A DNA stretch of 63,068 nt, counting the filler, from Folioceros fuciformis (taxonomy: Eukaryota), in NCBI GenBank assembly GCA_049999805.1. It is 3 parts of 2 records of this genome, joined end to end, with 100 filler letters (N's around TTAATTAATTAA, not from the genome) between each part and the next. Parts side by side here need not be neighbours in the genome. Positions count along the whole stretch, not along the records: positions 1 to 21,773 come from JBNGIO010005624.1; positions 21,874 to 50,205 come from JBNGIO010005624.1; 1 more part is not named here. The stretch is one strand, 5' to 3'. Below, one piece after another: positions 12,752 through 25,614 of this stretch (the stretch's first letter is position 1; the number at the start of each line of letters is the position of its first letter). Made by a program: the position numbers and the translations under genes. The notes under the pieces were generated by a model that searched no databases, was not told the origin of the DNA, and saw only the letters and a list, made by a program, of their open reading frames with translations.

Positions 12752-14039
12752 GCAGCTTAGCTTAGCGTGGCTTAGCTTATTGTTGTAGTGTTGAATTTAG
12801 CCCTTGTTGCATTAACCACATCGTCCAAGGCTGTGTAACTGCATGCCCCCTCTGCCTGTAAAGGAAACGGTGGTTCCCGTATTGCCTGCCATTGTGTGAA
12901 TTGTTGCTCAACCGACTCTAAGGAGTCCAACTCCCTCAAGAAGTTTGCCCGTAAACATCCTGTATGGTATGTCCATGATGGGCCCAGCGAGTGGGTAATC
13001 TTGTAATCTTGTATGTTTTACAGAGATGTTGCGGTTGGTGCATCGCCACTTCCAGCCAGTCTCCCGAGTGCAGCCTCTGCGAGCGAATTTACAGTCTTGT
13101 AGAGGTGTGTCTGGCATGAAGCCACGCTCCCCCTGTTTTTTAACCATTGATGCCCGACGAAGAGCTGTGCAAGCCGTAGCTTCGTAAACTGCAGACCTTT
13201 CTTCTCCATCTTGCAGCCTCTCATGCACCTCCTACCACTTCCTCAGGGCGGGCCAAATTTGTGACAGCAAATCACCACTGTCACCGCTTCAGCATCCCGT
13301 CCGAGGTGGGGATGGAATCTTCGCTCTTGGCTCTAGAGGTGTAGACTGGGTTTCCGATGTCAGCACCGATCAGCATGGGCGGTACGCGTAAAGACAACAC
13401 TGCCGCCTCAGACTTGTGTCCCCCGATTCGCACCCATCCCAGGATCACCAGGTTTCTCAAGTATCTACGCCAGATGGGTTGTTCCCAAAGATCCATCCAC
13501 TGCGAATTTGGTTCGTCATTCTGCTTCGCAGCTGAGAAGCCCCGAGGCTCGTATGTGCAGCCGGAGGCGTGCAGTGGAGCCACGGATAATCGTGGCCGTC
13601 CACTTGCTGAACAAGGCATAGTGTCTCCTCCACGTCTCAGCTGGTGAACAACATTTTTTCTTTCTGCGTCTATTCAGCACTGCATCATCAATCTTCTACC
13701 ACACAAGCATTGGCATCAACGCTTCGTGCTCCACCTTGTGATCCTGGTGGTTGTGGCAGTGGTGCTAGCCGGGGCACCCTGCCCTCGCCTCTACGACTGA
13801 AAGCAGTTCCCTTAGGTTTTGAACCAAACTTGTTCGGACGGCAGGCAGCATGGCAGGGGATGCAGTCTGCAGGACGGCGTGGATGTTGGAACAACTCGCG
13901 TATGGCAACGATGGATGTCCAGCAGAGGTGCCATTTTTGATGATGATGATGATCGGCTTTGAATCCTGGGGATGGCCTCCCTGTAGGATGATCTCTGACC
14001 AGACGCCGCGCTCGCAGGCCTGCAGGTTACGATACGGGC

Positions 14040-16486
14040 TTGGGCACTGTGACAGCTGGAACTGTGAGCAAGCTATGTCATGATGGTCATCTTACTCACG
14101 CCGTTCAGGCTTTGGAACTTTTGGTGCAAGCAGACCGTTTTACTGCCAAATCCCTTGTTTTACAAAGTCCGCAAGAAGTGTGCAGTGAGGAGGGATCTTG
14201 TTCTGGGTAGCCGTGTCCATGCTCTCACAGTGCGGAACGGGTATCAGTTGGACACGTTCCTTTGCAACCACATCCTGCGAATGTATGCGTCTCATGGCAG
14301 GATACCAGACACATGCGTCTCCTGCCATGGATGTGTTTGAATCTGTTCCCCAACCAGATGCCTTCATGTGGTTCTCCATCATATCCGCACACGTAAGAAA
14401 TGGACAGGACAAACAGGCCATCCTACTGTATCATCGAATGCGCAGGACGTCGGGTGTGGAGCCAGATGGCCACGTGTTTGTCGCAGCCCTCCAGGCTTGT
14501 GCAAGGGCATTAGACTTGAAAACTGGGCAGGAGGTGCATGCTCACGCCCGTCCCTCGGGCGTTAGGCCTGATTCGCTCGTCTCTAGTTGCTTGGTGGACA
14601 TGTATGCGAAATGTGGCAGTTTGGCGGATGCCCAGGCCGTGTTTGATGGACTTGGTGAAAAGAATGTGGTAACGTGGACTGCCATGAAAGCTGGATACGC
14701 CCAGCAGGGCATGGGCCAGGAAGCTCTTCGTCTCTATAATTTCATGCAGCGAGAGTGCATGTCAGCACCAGATTCCCTCACATTTGTGTGCCTCCTGCAG
14801 GCATGTGCTAGTGTGGGCACCCCAGCCTTGGACACAGGCAAGCAGCTTCATTCTCAAATCAGACAGGGAGGACACGATGCCGATGCAGTCGTAGCCAACA
14901 GTTTGGTGAACATGTTTGCAAAGTGTGGCAGTCTGGAAGAGGCTCAGAGAGTCTTTGACGGACTTGGTCACAAAGATGTGCAGACCTGGACCGCCATGAT
15001 AGCAGGATACTCTCAACAGGGTATGGGCCAGGAAGCACTTAGTCTCTACACTGTTATGCAACGAGAGGGCGGAATGGCTGTACCCAACTCCGTCACATTT
15101 GTGTGCCTCTTGCAGGCGTGTGCAAGTGGGGGTGCCTTGGTGTTGGAGAAGGGGAAGCACCTACATATGCAGATTAGAGAACACGGACTTGAATCGGATG
15201 TGTATATAGCCAGCAGTTTGGTTAACATGTATGCAAAGTGTGGGAGCATAAAGGACGCCCAGAGAGTTCTTGATGGACTGGGTTACAAGGATGGGCCCAC
15301 GTGGACTGCCATGATTGCAGGATCATGGGCATGGGTCAGGACGCCCTCCATCTTTACACTGCTATGCAAGAAGGGGGTATCGCTGGACCTGATCCGGTCA
15401 CTTACGTGTGCCAGCTGCAAGCATGTGCCAGTTTGGGCATCCCAGCTTTAGACCAAGGGAAGAAGCTTCATGTGCAGATTAGAGTGCGAGGATATGAATC
15501 TGATGTGTTTGTGGCCAACAGTTTGGTGAACATGTATTCAAAGTGTGGCAGCCTGGAAGATGCTCAGAGACTGTTTGAAGGCCTTGGTGAAAAAGATGTG
15601 GTGACGTGGAACCATGATAGCAGGCTACTCCCAACTGGGTATGGGGCAGGACGCTCTCCGTCTCTACAGCGCTATGCAGAACGAAGGCATTGCTGTACCA
15701 AACTCTGTCACATTCGTGTGCCCCCTTCAGGCGTGTGCCGATGTGGCAGCTCTGAATCTGGGAAGGCAGCTACATGTACAGGCTCTCGTACAAGGGCTTG
15801 ATTCTGATGTGCTTGTGGCTGCCAGCCTCGTTAGCATGTATGGAAAGTCCGGCAGCATGCTGGATGCACAGCAGGTGTTTGATGTGTTACCAGAAAGGAG
15901 TGTGGTGACCTGGAATGCAGTGATTGCACGTTACGCCTATCATGGGCAGACCGAGGATGTCTTTGATTTGGTCCAGAGAATGAGAGAGGATGGCATACAG
16001 CCAGACAGCATCACGTTCCTCAGTGTACTGACTGTGTGCAGTCATGCAGGTCTTGTGAATGCGGGGTGGGAGGATTTTGAGGTTATGAACACACACTATC
16101 GCATCACCCCCACACAGGACCACTACACATGCATGGTGGATCTACTAGGCCGAGCAGGACATCTGGACGAAGCACTGGCTTGGGTCAGGGCCATGCCCAT
16201 TTTGCCCAATGCTGCAGTTTGGCACACCCTCTTGGGCGCCTGTCGAAAGTGGTGCAACGTGGAGGTAGGATGCCTTGCTTTCAATGAAGCAGTGAAGCTA
16301 GACACGAAAGATTCTGTGGCATATGTATTGATGTCAAACATATACACCAGCTCCCAGATGTGGGGACAAGCACGGGAGATGCAGGCACGGAGGAAACTCA
16401 TCGGGGCATGGAAGCAACCAGGTCAGAGCTGGTGGACAGACAAGGAAGGTCTGGTGCATAGTTTTCTGGTCGGGGAATTGAACTAA
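14040..16486 (+). pseudogene. PLS-class PPR, WW-type truncated E+/DYW end, frameshifted
   Basis: PLS repeats (LVDMYAKCG, NVVTWTAM, TFVCLLQAC), E1/E2 (HYTCMVDLLGRAG, VWHTLLGAC) and terminus WKQPGQSWWTDKEGLVHSFLVG*. Split over frames with shifts near 14130, 14310, 15320 and 15610. Confidence 0.85.
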
Positions 16487-16949
16487 ATCTTCCCCACATT
16501 CAAGTGGCGATCTTCTGTGGCCTGAGCAGAGTGTTGATATCCATTTTTCCATCTTCAGACGACATGTCTCAGATAGTTAGCAGATGCTAAAAGTGCCTCC
16601 ACCAGCCCGTTGGAAACGTCCCTTTTGTGTTATGAGGGATTGGCTAACCTGGGCAATAAAAAATTACACAGGTGGGAACAAATCCCCAAACGGACGAGGA
16701 GTAATGCTCAGGTCCGGTGCGATGTGAAGTAGCGGCCGTCCGTTTGCTATGATATGCCAAAATCCTTGTACTGAAGATCGTTCGTCGCCTGACATAGCCC
16801 CGTGCCATACATTTGAAGCTTCCTCAAGCGCACGTAGTCATAGTAGTTGTCCCTCATCGGTCAGCTATATTTTCGCTGTCACGTTTTCGCAACATTTCTC
16901 AACCGCCGATGGCAATTCCAGGTTGCAACACACAAGCTTCAGTTGCCTC

Positions 16950-17145
16950 GCCACAGCAGAGCGCAGTGGCCTGAACACAAGTCTTAGTAATGCAAAACGA
17001 TCTTCGTTCTGTTTCCTAGCCACAGCACAGCACAGGGCAGTGGCCTGGACACAAGTCTAACTAATGCAAAACTATCTTCGTTCTGTTTCCTCGCCACAGC
17101 ACAGCCCAGCGCAGTGGCCTGCACACAAGTCTTACTAATGCAAAA
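16950..17145 (+). repeat. Tandem repeat (~70 bp, ~3 copies)
   Basis: gcagtggcctg.acacaagtct...taatgcaaaa..atcttcgttctgtttcct.gccacagcacagc repeated. Confidence 0.85.
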
Positions 17146-17210
17146 TCACAATGTATTTCTTGATGTTTTGCCCCACGACCACCGGCCACATACTCCCCAG
17201 TCGTCCCACT

Positions 17211-17584
17211 TCAACTTTCCTCCGAAGCCTTCCTCTTGGAGAAGGACTGGTAGGGGAGTGGAAACGCTGGAGAGACGGGACGTTCCTGAGAAGTAAAAAG
17301 AAAGGAACAATGTGGAGATCTGAGAAGGCGAACGATGTGATGCCAAACCCAAGAGAAGCACACACGGCACACAAGGCTGGTCTGCTAGGAGAACCGGAAA
17401 ATACCTCAAGGCGCATGGATAACCTTGCAATGGGAATGCACACCAGAAAAATTCCAACAGCAGCAATCACAGTATTCCGGCGCCAATACTTAGGATCAGG
17501 AAACCATCCCCCGGTTGGAGACCACACAGCTGTCGGGTACCCTGGATACTCGGCACCGTGACCTGAGTGACCTCCACCACCCAT
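17211..17584 (-). CDS. Mitochondrial complex I small subunit, KFYI/NDUFC1-like (fungal NUUM-like); exons 17405-17584 and 17211-17285, 84 aa
   Basis: MGGGGH..VWSPTGGWFPDPKYWRRNTVIAAVGIFLVCIPIARLSMRLE|ERPVSPAFPLPYQSFSKRKASEES*; phase-0 GT-AG intron; matches the plant family pattern VWS.TGG...P..WRRNT.IA..G.FLVCIPIA.LS..LE.RP. Confidence 0.82.
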
Positions 17585-18384
17585 GACTGCCTCCCCTGCA
17601 GATCGCACTCAGATAACGATCAAATCCGCTAGAGCTCAGCAAAGGGAGCGCCTCGTGAACTCCAATGGACGGGACACGACGCCAATTGCCGAACAAATCT
17701 GAGTGGTCAGATGTCCACAGCAGCAGGAAGCACGATCAGAAACAAGGAACAGGGGCCTTTTACTCACCACCGAGACACAACGGCATCCACACAGCACAGA
17801 GGCGAACGAGGATCACCTCCAAAATCACCAATTCTGCTGTGCCGTATGTGCTACAAAACTAGGGCCCAGGTTAGAATTCCCTGCTCACTCATCGTAGTAA
17901 TAATAGGTCATAGAACGCTTCAGCACACACAGTGACCTGCCTGCTACACAACGAGGAGTAGTAGTAGTAGTAGTGTCTGCGGGTGCGCACCTCCTTTGCC
18001 TGCAGTTCTATCCTGGACTCGCACCCAACGACGGAGTACGCTACCGGCGAGCTATCAGCATGCAGGCTTCATGCCACACGACATCCAACGTCGAGACAAT
18101 GGAACACCGTTCATCCCACCTCGCAGTGGATGGCTCAATGGCACGAATTAGTGTCACTGGAACTGCGAATTTTGGCTGTGATGACATTGTGCACGGCGGA
18201 AGAACGATTGTAAAAGGGCCAGTCGTGGAACAGTTTGCTGGTTACCGTCTTTGGTGCTCTATATCGACTTTCCCAAGAAAAAAAAGGTTAGGAAAGGATT
18301 ATCTTCCGTCTGGTTCAACTGTGTAAGATTCAACCTTGACATCACAGGGCTCGGATCGGCGTACAGGCGACCAGTAAGATCCAG

Positions 18385-21153
18385 TCACGGACGATCCCCA
18401 CACGAACAAGAGCCATCCAGAAACCGATGCACACGGTGTGCATCTCTCACAACAATTTCTCGCATCTCAAGGCGCGACATGATCTTTGTGCTACTGTGAC
18501 AGTCGTTGCACATCCGAAGGTTCTTTGTAACCAGCAGAGTCGAGCCGGGTGGAGTGTTCTGAAGCCCAAACGCCAGAGCCAGTTTCTCTGCATGCCCACA
18601 CAAGGAATCCTCTTTTTCCCTGTCCGACACTGCCTTAAGCACCAGCTCAGTCTGTGGGACGTGTCCTCCTTCACTTTGCACCCTCGAGTTCATGGTCCTA
18701 AGCTTCAACGCTATCTCAACTGTGTCTTCTCCAACTGTGAACTCATGCACCTTCTTGTTCACTTCAATGGAAGCCTTGGCAGGCTTCTTCCAAGCACCTG
18801 CAGATATTCTCATGCGTTCCAATTTGTCTACGTCACTCCACCTGCCTGCATTTGCGTATATTGTACCCAGAAGCACGTATCCAGAACCATTCTCAGGTTC
18901 CAAGCTGACAATACGGTCGAAACATCTGGTCCCACGCTCAATGTCAGCATGACTCTTGCATGCACTGAGCAAACAGGTCCACCCCACAACCTGATTCTCG
19001 CATGGCAAGCTTCGCAACATGTCTTCAGCCTTATCCAATTGGCCTGCTCGGCCAAGAAGATCAATCATGCAATTATAGTGGAAATCAGTGGGAACGATGC
19101 CATACTGTTCGATCATCATTCTAAAAAACTGCTGTCCCTCGGCTACCAGACCCCCATGACTGCATGCCACAAGGAGAGAGATGAAAGTAGCACCGTTGGG
19201 CTTCACACCTTGCTGCTGCATCTCTTCAAAACACCGAATGGCCTTTTCGGCATCACCGTGTTGGGCATATCCATTCATGAGAGCAGTCCATGCCACCACA
19301 TCTCTACCGGCAAGTCTGTCAAACACTCTACGAGAATCCTGCAAGCTCCCACATTTTGCATACATGTCCACAAGGCAGTTGCCGACAAGGGTATCACTTT
19401 CCAGACCTCTTTCCTGGATCTGCAAATGGAGCTGCTGCCCCTGCTGCAAGGCTCCCACGCTTGCACATGCATTCAGGAGACACGCAAACGTAACATCGTT
19501 AGCAGCTACAGAAAGGTCCTCCTCCCCTTGCATAGCTGCGTAAAGATTGAGAGCTTCTTGACCGAGCCCAAGCTGGGAATACCCAGCGATCATGGCAGTC
19601 CAGGTCACCACATCTCTCGTGGGCAGGTTATCAAAAACCTGACGAGCATCTTCTAGGCTACCACATCGCACGTACATGTCCACCAGACAGCTGCCAACAA
19701 CAACATCAGCTTGCAGCCCTCGTCCTTGAATCAACGAATGGAGGTGCTTTCCCTCATGTAGAGCACCGATGGTGGCACATGCCTTGAGCAGACCAGCGTA
19801 CGTAAAATTATTTGCTGACATGATGCTGTCCTGCACTTCCATGGTTGCATAAAGATCAAGGGCTTCCTGACCAAACCCGTGCTGCACGTACCCAGCAATC
19901 ATGGCATTCCAGGTAACAACATTTTTCACGGGCAATGTGTCGAACACCTTTCGAGCATCCTGTAAGCTCCCGCATTTTGCATACATGTCAACCAGAGCAC
20001 TGCCAATCACCAGATTGTTTTCTAGCCCCCTTTCTCGGATCACACGATGAAGCTGCCATCCTATGTGCAATGCGCCGGTGTTGGCACATGCCTTGAGAAG
20101 GCAGGTGTAGGTGAAACTATTGGCAGGCGTGATTCCCTCCTGTTGCATGTTCGCAAACACGTCCAAGGCTTCTTGACCGAGCCCATGGTTAGCATATCCT
20201 GCGATCATGGCAGTCCATGTGACCACATCTCTTGCAGGCAGATTGTCAAACACCCTGCGGGCATCGTCCAAGTTCCCACATTTGGCATACATGTCCACCA
20301 GACAACTTCCGACGACCATATCAGCCTCGTCCTCACACTGCAAAAGGTCAGCGTGCACCTGCTTGCCCGAATCCAAATCTGAAACACTGGCACATGCATT
20401 CAGCACTGCTGCAAACACATGGTTGTTTGGCTTCGCAGTTCTCGATGCTCGCATCCTGCGGTAAAGTTTGATGGCCTCATCAGCCTGTCCTTGATCAGCA
20501 TGCGCCTTGATGATGGAAGCCCAGACAAAGGCGTTAGGTGCAATGAGCGTGCTGAAAACCTCAGTCGCCTCCTCCAATCTAGCATGAGAGGCATACATCC
20601 GTATGACGTGATTGGCCACAAATATGTCTGACCCATGCCCACACCTGACGGCAAGAGCATGAACACGGCTGCCAAGACCCGCATCCTTCTCCGCGATGCA
20701 TTTCTTTAAAAGAGGATAGAACACGGAGCTCCCAGCACGACCCCCTTCCTGTACCATGCGTTCCAACACTCGAACAGCCTCTTCCACTCGTCCTTCCCCG
20801 CACAATTCACAGCATTGCACTTCCTGTGCCTCCCACAATTTTCTGGACGAACACTGTCCCTGCCTCTTTTTCCTGCCGATGCTGCTGCTGCTGCTTCTGC
20901 TGCCGCCATGAGAGGCAGGTGGTGCAAATGCCTGACCCTGCTGGCTCCTTACACGAGCAACCAGAATTGGAGACAAACTGTGGGGTAGGCTCCTATTCCA
21001 CTGCCCGCCTCGCTTGTCATAACTCGAGGAGAAATCTGTGATGCGTGGCGTGGAATTCAGAGCTACTGAACTTGTGGAGACAGTTGTGGGCTCTGGAACT
21101 GCGGGGCTGGGACCCATTGCACATCTCTGGAATCCACCGCATGCTTGTGTCAT
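18385..21153 (-). CDS. PLS-class PPR with DYW:KP (GRP-like) deaminase-type domain; no PDF motif
   Basis: 922-aa intronless ORF; WKKPAKASIEV replaces the PG box; GHAEKLALAFGL; NLRMCNDCH; ends SCSCGDRP. Confidence 0.95.
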   Translation of the reverse strand: MTQACGGFQRCAMGPSPAVPEPTTVSTSSVALNSTPRITDFSSSYDKRGGQWNRSLPHSLSPILVARVRSQQGQAFAPPASHGGSRSSSSSIGRKKRQGQCSSRKLWEAQEVQCCELCGEGRVEEAVRVLERMVQEGGRAGSSVFYPLLKKCIAEKDAGLGSRVHALAVRCGHGSDIFVANHVIRMYASHARLEEATEVFSTLIAPNAFVWASIIKAHADQGQADEAIKLYRRMRASRTAKPNNHVFAAVLNACASVSDLDSGKQVHADLLQCEDEADMVVGSCLVDMYAKCGNLDDARRVFDNLPARDVVTWTAMIAGYANHGLGQEALDVFANMQQEGITPANSFTYTCLLKACANTGALHIGWQLHRVIRERGLENNLVIGSALVDMYAKCGSLQDARKVFDTLPVKNVVTWNAMIAGYVQHGFGQEALDLYATMEVQDSIMSANNFTYAGLLKACATIGALHEGKHLHSLIQGRGLQADVVVGSCLVDMYVRCGSLEDARQVFDNLPTRDVVTWTAMIAGYSQLGLGQEALNLYAAMQGEEDLSVAANDVTFACLLNACASVGALQQGQQLHLQIQERGLESDTLVGNCLVDMYAKCGSLQDSRRVFDRLAGRDVVAWTALMNGYAQHGDAEKAIRCFEEMQQQGVKPNGATFISLLVACSHGGLVAEGQQFFRMMIEQYGIVPTDFHYNCMIDLLGRAGQLDKAEDMLRSLPCENQVVGWTCLLSACKSHADIERGTRCFDRIVSLEPENGSGYVLLGTIYANAGRWSDVDKLERMRISAGAWKKPAKASIEVNKKVHEFTVGEDTVEIALKLRTMNSRVQSEGGHVPQTELVLKAVSDREKEDSLCGHAEKLALAFGLQNTPPGSTLLVTKNLRMCNDCHSSTKIMSRLEMREIVVRDAHRVHRFLDGSCSCGDRP

Positions 21154-21720
21154 CGGGAGATTTGATTGGCCCAGCTCGTGCTACTGATCCTGCCTGCCAT
21201 AACCTTCTGCAGGCTAACAGTTGGGTAACGAAGAGAGCAGGAGGAGCCGAACAGAGTCGCGAAGAGGAGAACATGACGTGTGGAGAAGAATATAAGCCGC
21301 AGATGTACGTAAGGTCTGTTGCCCGTGAGATTGCACACGGCTGCCCAGACCCAAATCACTCTGGAGGCCCCCTTTTCAAGGACGTCGTTACACGGGACTG
21401 GGAAACAGATCCTCAAACCGGGTCTGCCAGCACCAGCGCCACCAGAAGAACGGCTGCCTGTCTGAGCTGCTTTCTGCTAGACTTGGGCCAGCGGCTCCTC
21501 ATGTTTAAGCAGCACAGGATACATGTTCCACGTTCAAATCGCTTCCCGGCCCCATCATCTACACTGACGGCTGCAAGAGCACCTGGATACATCCCACTGC
21601 CCAGCCTCTAACTATGAAAACGTTCGTTCTACAATCCTGGTCGGCTTCGTAGGGGTGTCTGTGTAGTAGAGGCCCGTAACAATCCGGGAGAGATGAGGCG
21701 CTGGCCACAACTTTGTGACC

Positions 21721-21773
21721 CCCCTACCCCATCCCACCCCACCCCACCCCATCCCACCCCACCCCACCCCATC
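21721..21773. repeat. (CCCCA)n-type microsatellite at a gap edge
   Basis: Directly visible, abuts an N run. Confidence 0.8.
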
Positions 21774-21873
21774 NNNNNNNNNNNNNNNNNNNNNNNNNNN
21801 NNNNNNNNNNNNNNNNNTTAATTAATTAANNNNNNNNNNNNNNNNNNNNNNNNNNNNNNNNNNNNNNNNNNNN

Positions 21874-24578
21874 CCCGAACAATGCTTTCAAAACACCACC
21901 CTGCCCTCTCTATATCCCCGTGACTTTTGCAGGCATTCAACAAAGAGGTCAAGCCCACAACATTACTTTTGTCCTCAGATGATAACAGCATCATCTCTGC
22001 CTCATCTAAACGGCCTGCACGCCCCAGAAGATCAATCATGCAATTGTAATGTTCGACAACAGGCTTGACACCATGCTGTTCAGCCATGGAATAAAAGTGC
22101 CTGCGACCATCATGGACGAGTCCCGCATGACTGCACGCTACTAGAAGGCAAGTAAAAGTAGCACCATCAGGCTGAATACCAGCCACTAACATCTCCTCAA
22201 AACACGCTAGTGCTCCTTGGCCGTCATCACAAGTACCGTACCCAGATATCAGGGCAGTCCATGTCACCACATCCTTTGTCGACATGCTTTCAAACACCTG
22301 GCGCGCATCTCTGAGTTCACCACATTTTGAATACATGTCCACCAGACAGTTGCCCACCACTACTTCACCCAGAAGTCCTCTTTCCACAATCTGTGAGTGC
22401 AACTGCTTGCCCTTCTGTAAGGCACCAGTGCTTGCACAGGCCTTCAGGAGACAAGCAAAAGTAACATGGTCAGCCAAAATAAGACCCTCTTGCTCCATAT
22501 CTCCGTACAAAACAAGCGCCTCTTGGCCAAGTCCTTGCTGCGCATACCCAGATATCAGGGCAGTCCAAGTCACAACATCCTTTGTGGCCAAGCAGTCAAA
22601 CACATGGCGTGCATCTCTGAGTGCACCACATTTTGCATACATGCTCACCAGGCAATTGCCCAACACTGTATTGTCCAGTAGTCCTCTTTCCACAATTTGA
22701 GAGTGCAGCTGCTTGCCCTTTTGTAAGGCACCAGTGCTTGAACAGGCCTTCAGAAGGCAAGCAAATGTCACATGGTCAGCCAGAACCAGACCCTCTTGGT
22801 CCATTTGTCCAGACAGCACAAGCGCCTCTTGGCCCAATCCTTGCTGTGCATACCCAGATATGAGGGCAGTCCATGTCACCACATCTTTGGCGGCTAAGCT
22901 GTCAAAAACTTGGCGTGCATCTTCCAATTCACCACATTTCGCATACATGTCGACCAGGCAGTTGCCCAACACTACATTATCCAGTAGTTCTCTTTTTCCA
23001 ATCTCTGAGTGCAGCTGCCTTCCCTTCTGTAAGGCACCAGCGCTTGCGCAGGCCTTCAGCAGGCAAGCAAACGTGACATGGTCAGCCACAATGAGACCGT
23101 CTTGCTCCATTTGTTCATATAGGACAAGCGCCTCGTGAATGAGTCCTTGTTGTCCGTACCCAGATATTAGGGCATTCCATGTCACCACATCCTTTGTGGC
23201 CAAGCGGTCAAAAACCTGGCGTGCATCTTCCAGTTCACCACATTTTGCATACATGTCTACGAGGCAGTTGCTAACCAGTATATTATCTAGCCGTCCTTGT
23301 TCTACAATTTGTGAGTGCAGATGCCTGCCCATTTGTAAGGCACCAGCCAGCGCACAAGCCTTCAGAAGGCAAGCGAAAGTAACATGGTTAGCCACTATCA
23401 GGCCCTCCTGCTCCATTTGTCCATACACAACAAGTGCATCATTAACGAGCCCTTGCTGGGCATACCCAGCAATCAGTGCCGTCCATGTCACCACATCCTT
23501 TGTGGTCAAGCTTTCCAAAACATGGCGTGCATCTTCCAATTCCCCACATTTTGCATACATGTCCACCAGGCAATTCCCAACAAATAAGTCAGGAGGAATG
23601 TCACTGTGCAGCACATCAGAATGCACTTTTTCTGCCGGATACCAAGTCGGCAGTAAATGCACAAGCTTGAAGGACAGCTACAAAGACATGAGCGTCCGCC
23701 TTCACTCCTGAACTACGCATCTCATCGTACAGTAGTATGGCCTCATGAGGTTTCCCCTGCTTAGCATGTGCAGAGATTATGGAAAACCACATGAAAATAT
23801 TTGGTTTCCCCACCCTGGTGAACACATCCATGGCCTCCTGTAGCCTACCTCCACACGCATACATGCGTAAGATATGGTTCCCCAGGTATGCATCTGACTC
23901 GTATCCAAGTTTGACAGTGAGGTCATGGACTCGTCGCCCCACGACCATATCCTTCTTAGCTGCACACAGTTTTAGGACGGAGTAAAACAGAGACTGGGTT
24001 ATAGCAAAATCTGTCTGCGCCAGATATTCCAGGGCTCCAACGGCCTCCGAAAGCTTCCCCTGCTGACATAACGTGCGCACTGTTCCAGCTGTTGTGACGC
24101 CCATTCCCGATCCTGCACGCCTGCCAGGTTCAGGCTTATCCGGAGAGGTGGAGTTAGAAGGCAAGGCCCCATGACCCATCCCCGTATCCAACGAGACTAG
24201 ATGCTCGTCAACCCAAGCTGCCTTGTACATGCTGTCTATCCACAAGACCTCTCTGGACCCCTTACGCTGGAAGTCAGGCGCACCGGACCTCTGCTTACCT
24301 CGTCTGTTGTCCCACCACAAGGTAGGGTCCAGGAAAAGATTTTGCCACAAGTGCTCCTGTTCCTGCTCCCGGCGCCTATCATCGCTGGAAAATCCGTGCA
24401 CACCCACAAATTTCCCCGGAAGTGGGTGTACTGGACTCCTCACACTGCTGCAGCTGGAGGCTCGATTGTTTGCCGAGAATCGTCTCCCTAAAGTCAGTTG
24501 AGGAGGTTCTCGTTTAACCCCTGTGCGTACACCAATTCGTTGGGTCCACACCTGGTCCGGTTGCCATACCGTGGCCAT
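21874..24578 (-). pseudogene. PDF-motif PLS-PPR, +1 frameshift, 3' end lost in an assembly gap (pseudogene or sequencing error)
   Basis: N-part 23616-24578 (MATVWQPD..., LWQNLFLDPTLWWDNRR..PDFQRK) and PLS/E1/E2 part 21874-23630 in another frame; one extra base in the A-run at ~23627-23631 relative to paralogues (GRKVH). Confidence 0.85.
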
Positions 24579-25614
24579 CCTTCAGATACTGCCCTTAGGC
24601 GATGACTCTCACAGCAGGCCATCGATGGATCGTGGCAGGATGAGTAAGTGCAAGTACATGTATTGTGGGATGGTCACACGAAACAAATTAGCTACAGGGT
24701 ACCCGAGAAAAAAGCCTCAAACTCTTGGAGCAATGGAAGATGGTTTCTACTGGGGCACGACCTTGTTTCCATGGTTTCGATGCCAACAGATGGAATTTTG
24801 TGTCCTCAAGAAGGTGACGCCTATGGCATCACCTTCTGTAGCTGAGGTCCAGGCCCAGGCCCAACTTCTTTCAAGAGTACAAGATCTGTATCCCAGTAGG
24901 CATCAACATAACTAGAAACACTAAGCTTACCTCGAGATCTCGGGAGGAAGAGTTAGAGATGCATTTTGCGAAAGCAGCCTTGCCTCAAGGAGATGCTTTA
25001 TCTAATACCGATTGTGTTGGGTTCACAGGTGGGCTTTTAAAAGATGGTTACAAGAAGATGCATCCTTTCACTGGCCTACTTAGTTAACTTTAAGTACCAA
25101 CTAGCCGATTCCTAGTTTGACTGATCCCCCATTGGCTCTGCTGTAGCCGACCTTAACCGACGCTGCCTGCACTATTTTTAACTGGAAGCATAACCGGCAC
25201 CTTCTTTCTCGTTCCTTTCAGGTATTTATCATGTGAAGAATACATTAGCATGTTAGCACTGCAATGTGCTCGTCCAAGGTTATCCAGGAATTGAGAAACA
25301 GGGCTCACACCACATCAGTGAATACCCAGACAAGTGTAGGAAGTTTACGAATTGGACACCAACAGAGAAAGTCACCCAGTGGACACCAACTTTCTAGCGA
25401 GTTTCAATTGTATACAAGTGGAAGGGGGGTTCAGCCCATTGTGTAGGAGGCACATGAAATTGAGAAGAAAAAACATGCTTCTGCTTCATAGTTGGCTAAG
25501 GCTTAGGAGTTGGCACAAGTGCTGGAGATTCCCCTCCTTACGTTCCGCGCCTAGCAGCTGAGTAGCCCTCCTCTCTACTCTAAGCTAGCTTTATTGTCGA
25601 CTTGCTATCCTCCT

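Noticed and set aside
18427-19656. Long antisense ORFs over PPR genes (e.g. 409 aa here, 397 aa at 42567-43760)
   Set aside because: Shadow frames produced by repetitive PPR codon usage; no independent motifs.
21818-21829. Palindromic TTAATTAATTAA embedded in N runs (also at ~50250-50261)
   Set aside because: Artificial six-frame-stop scaffold linker; the 'LIN*' end of the 614-aa ORF is therefore not biological.
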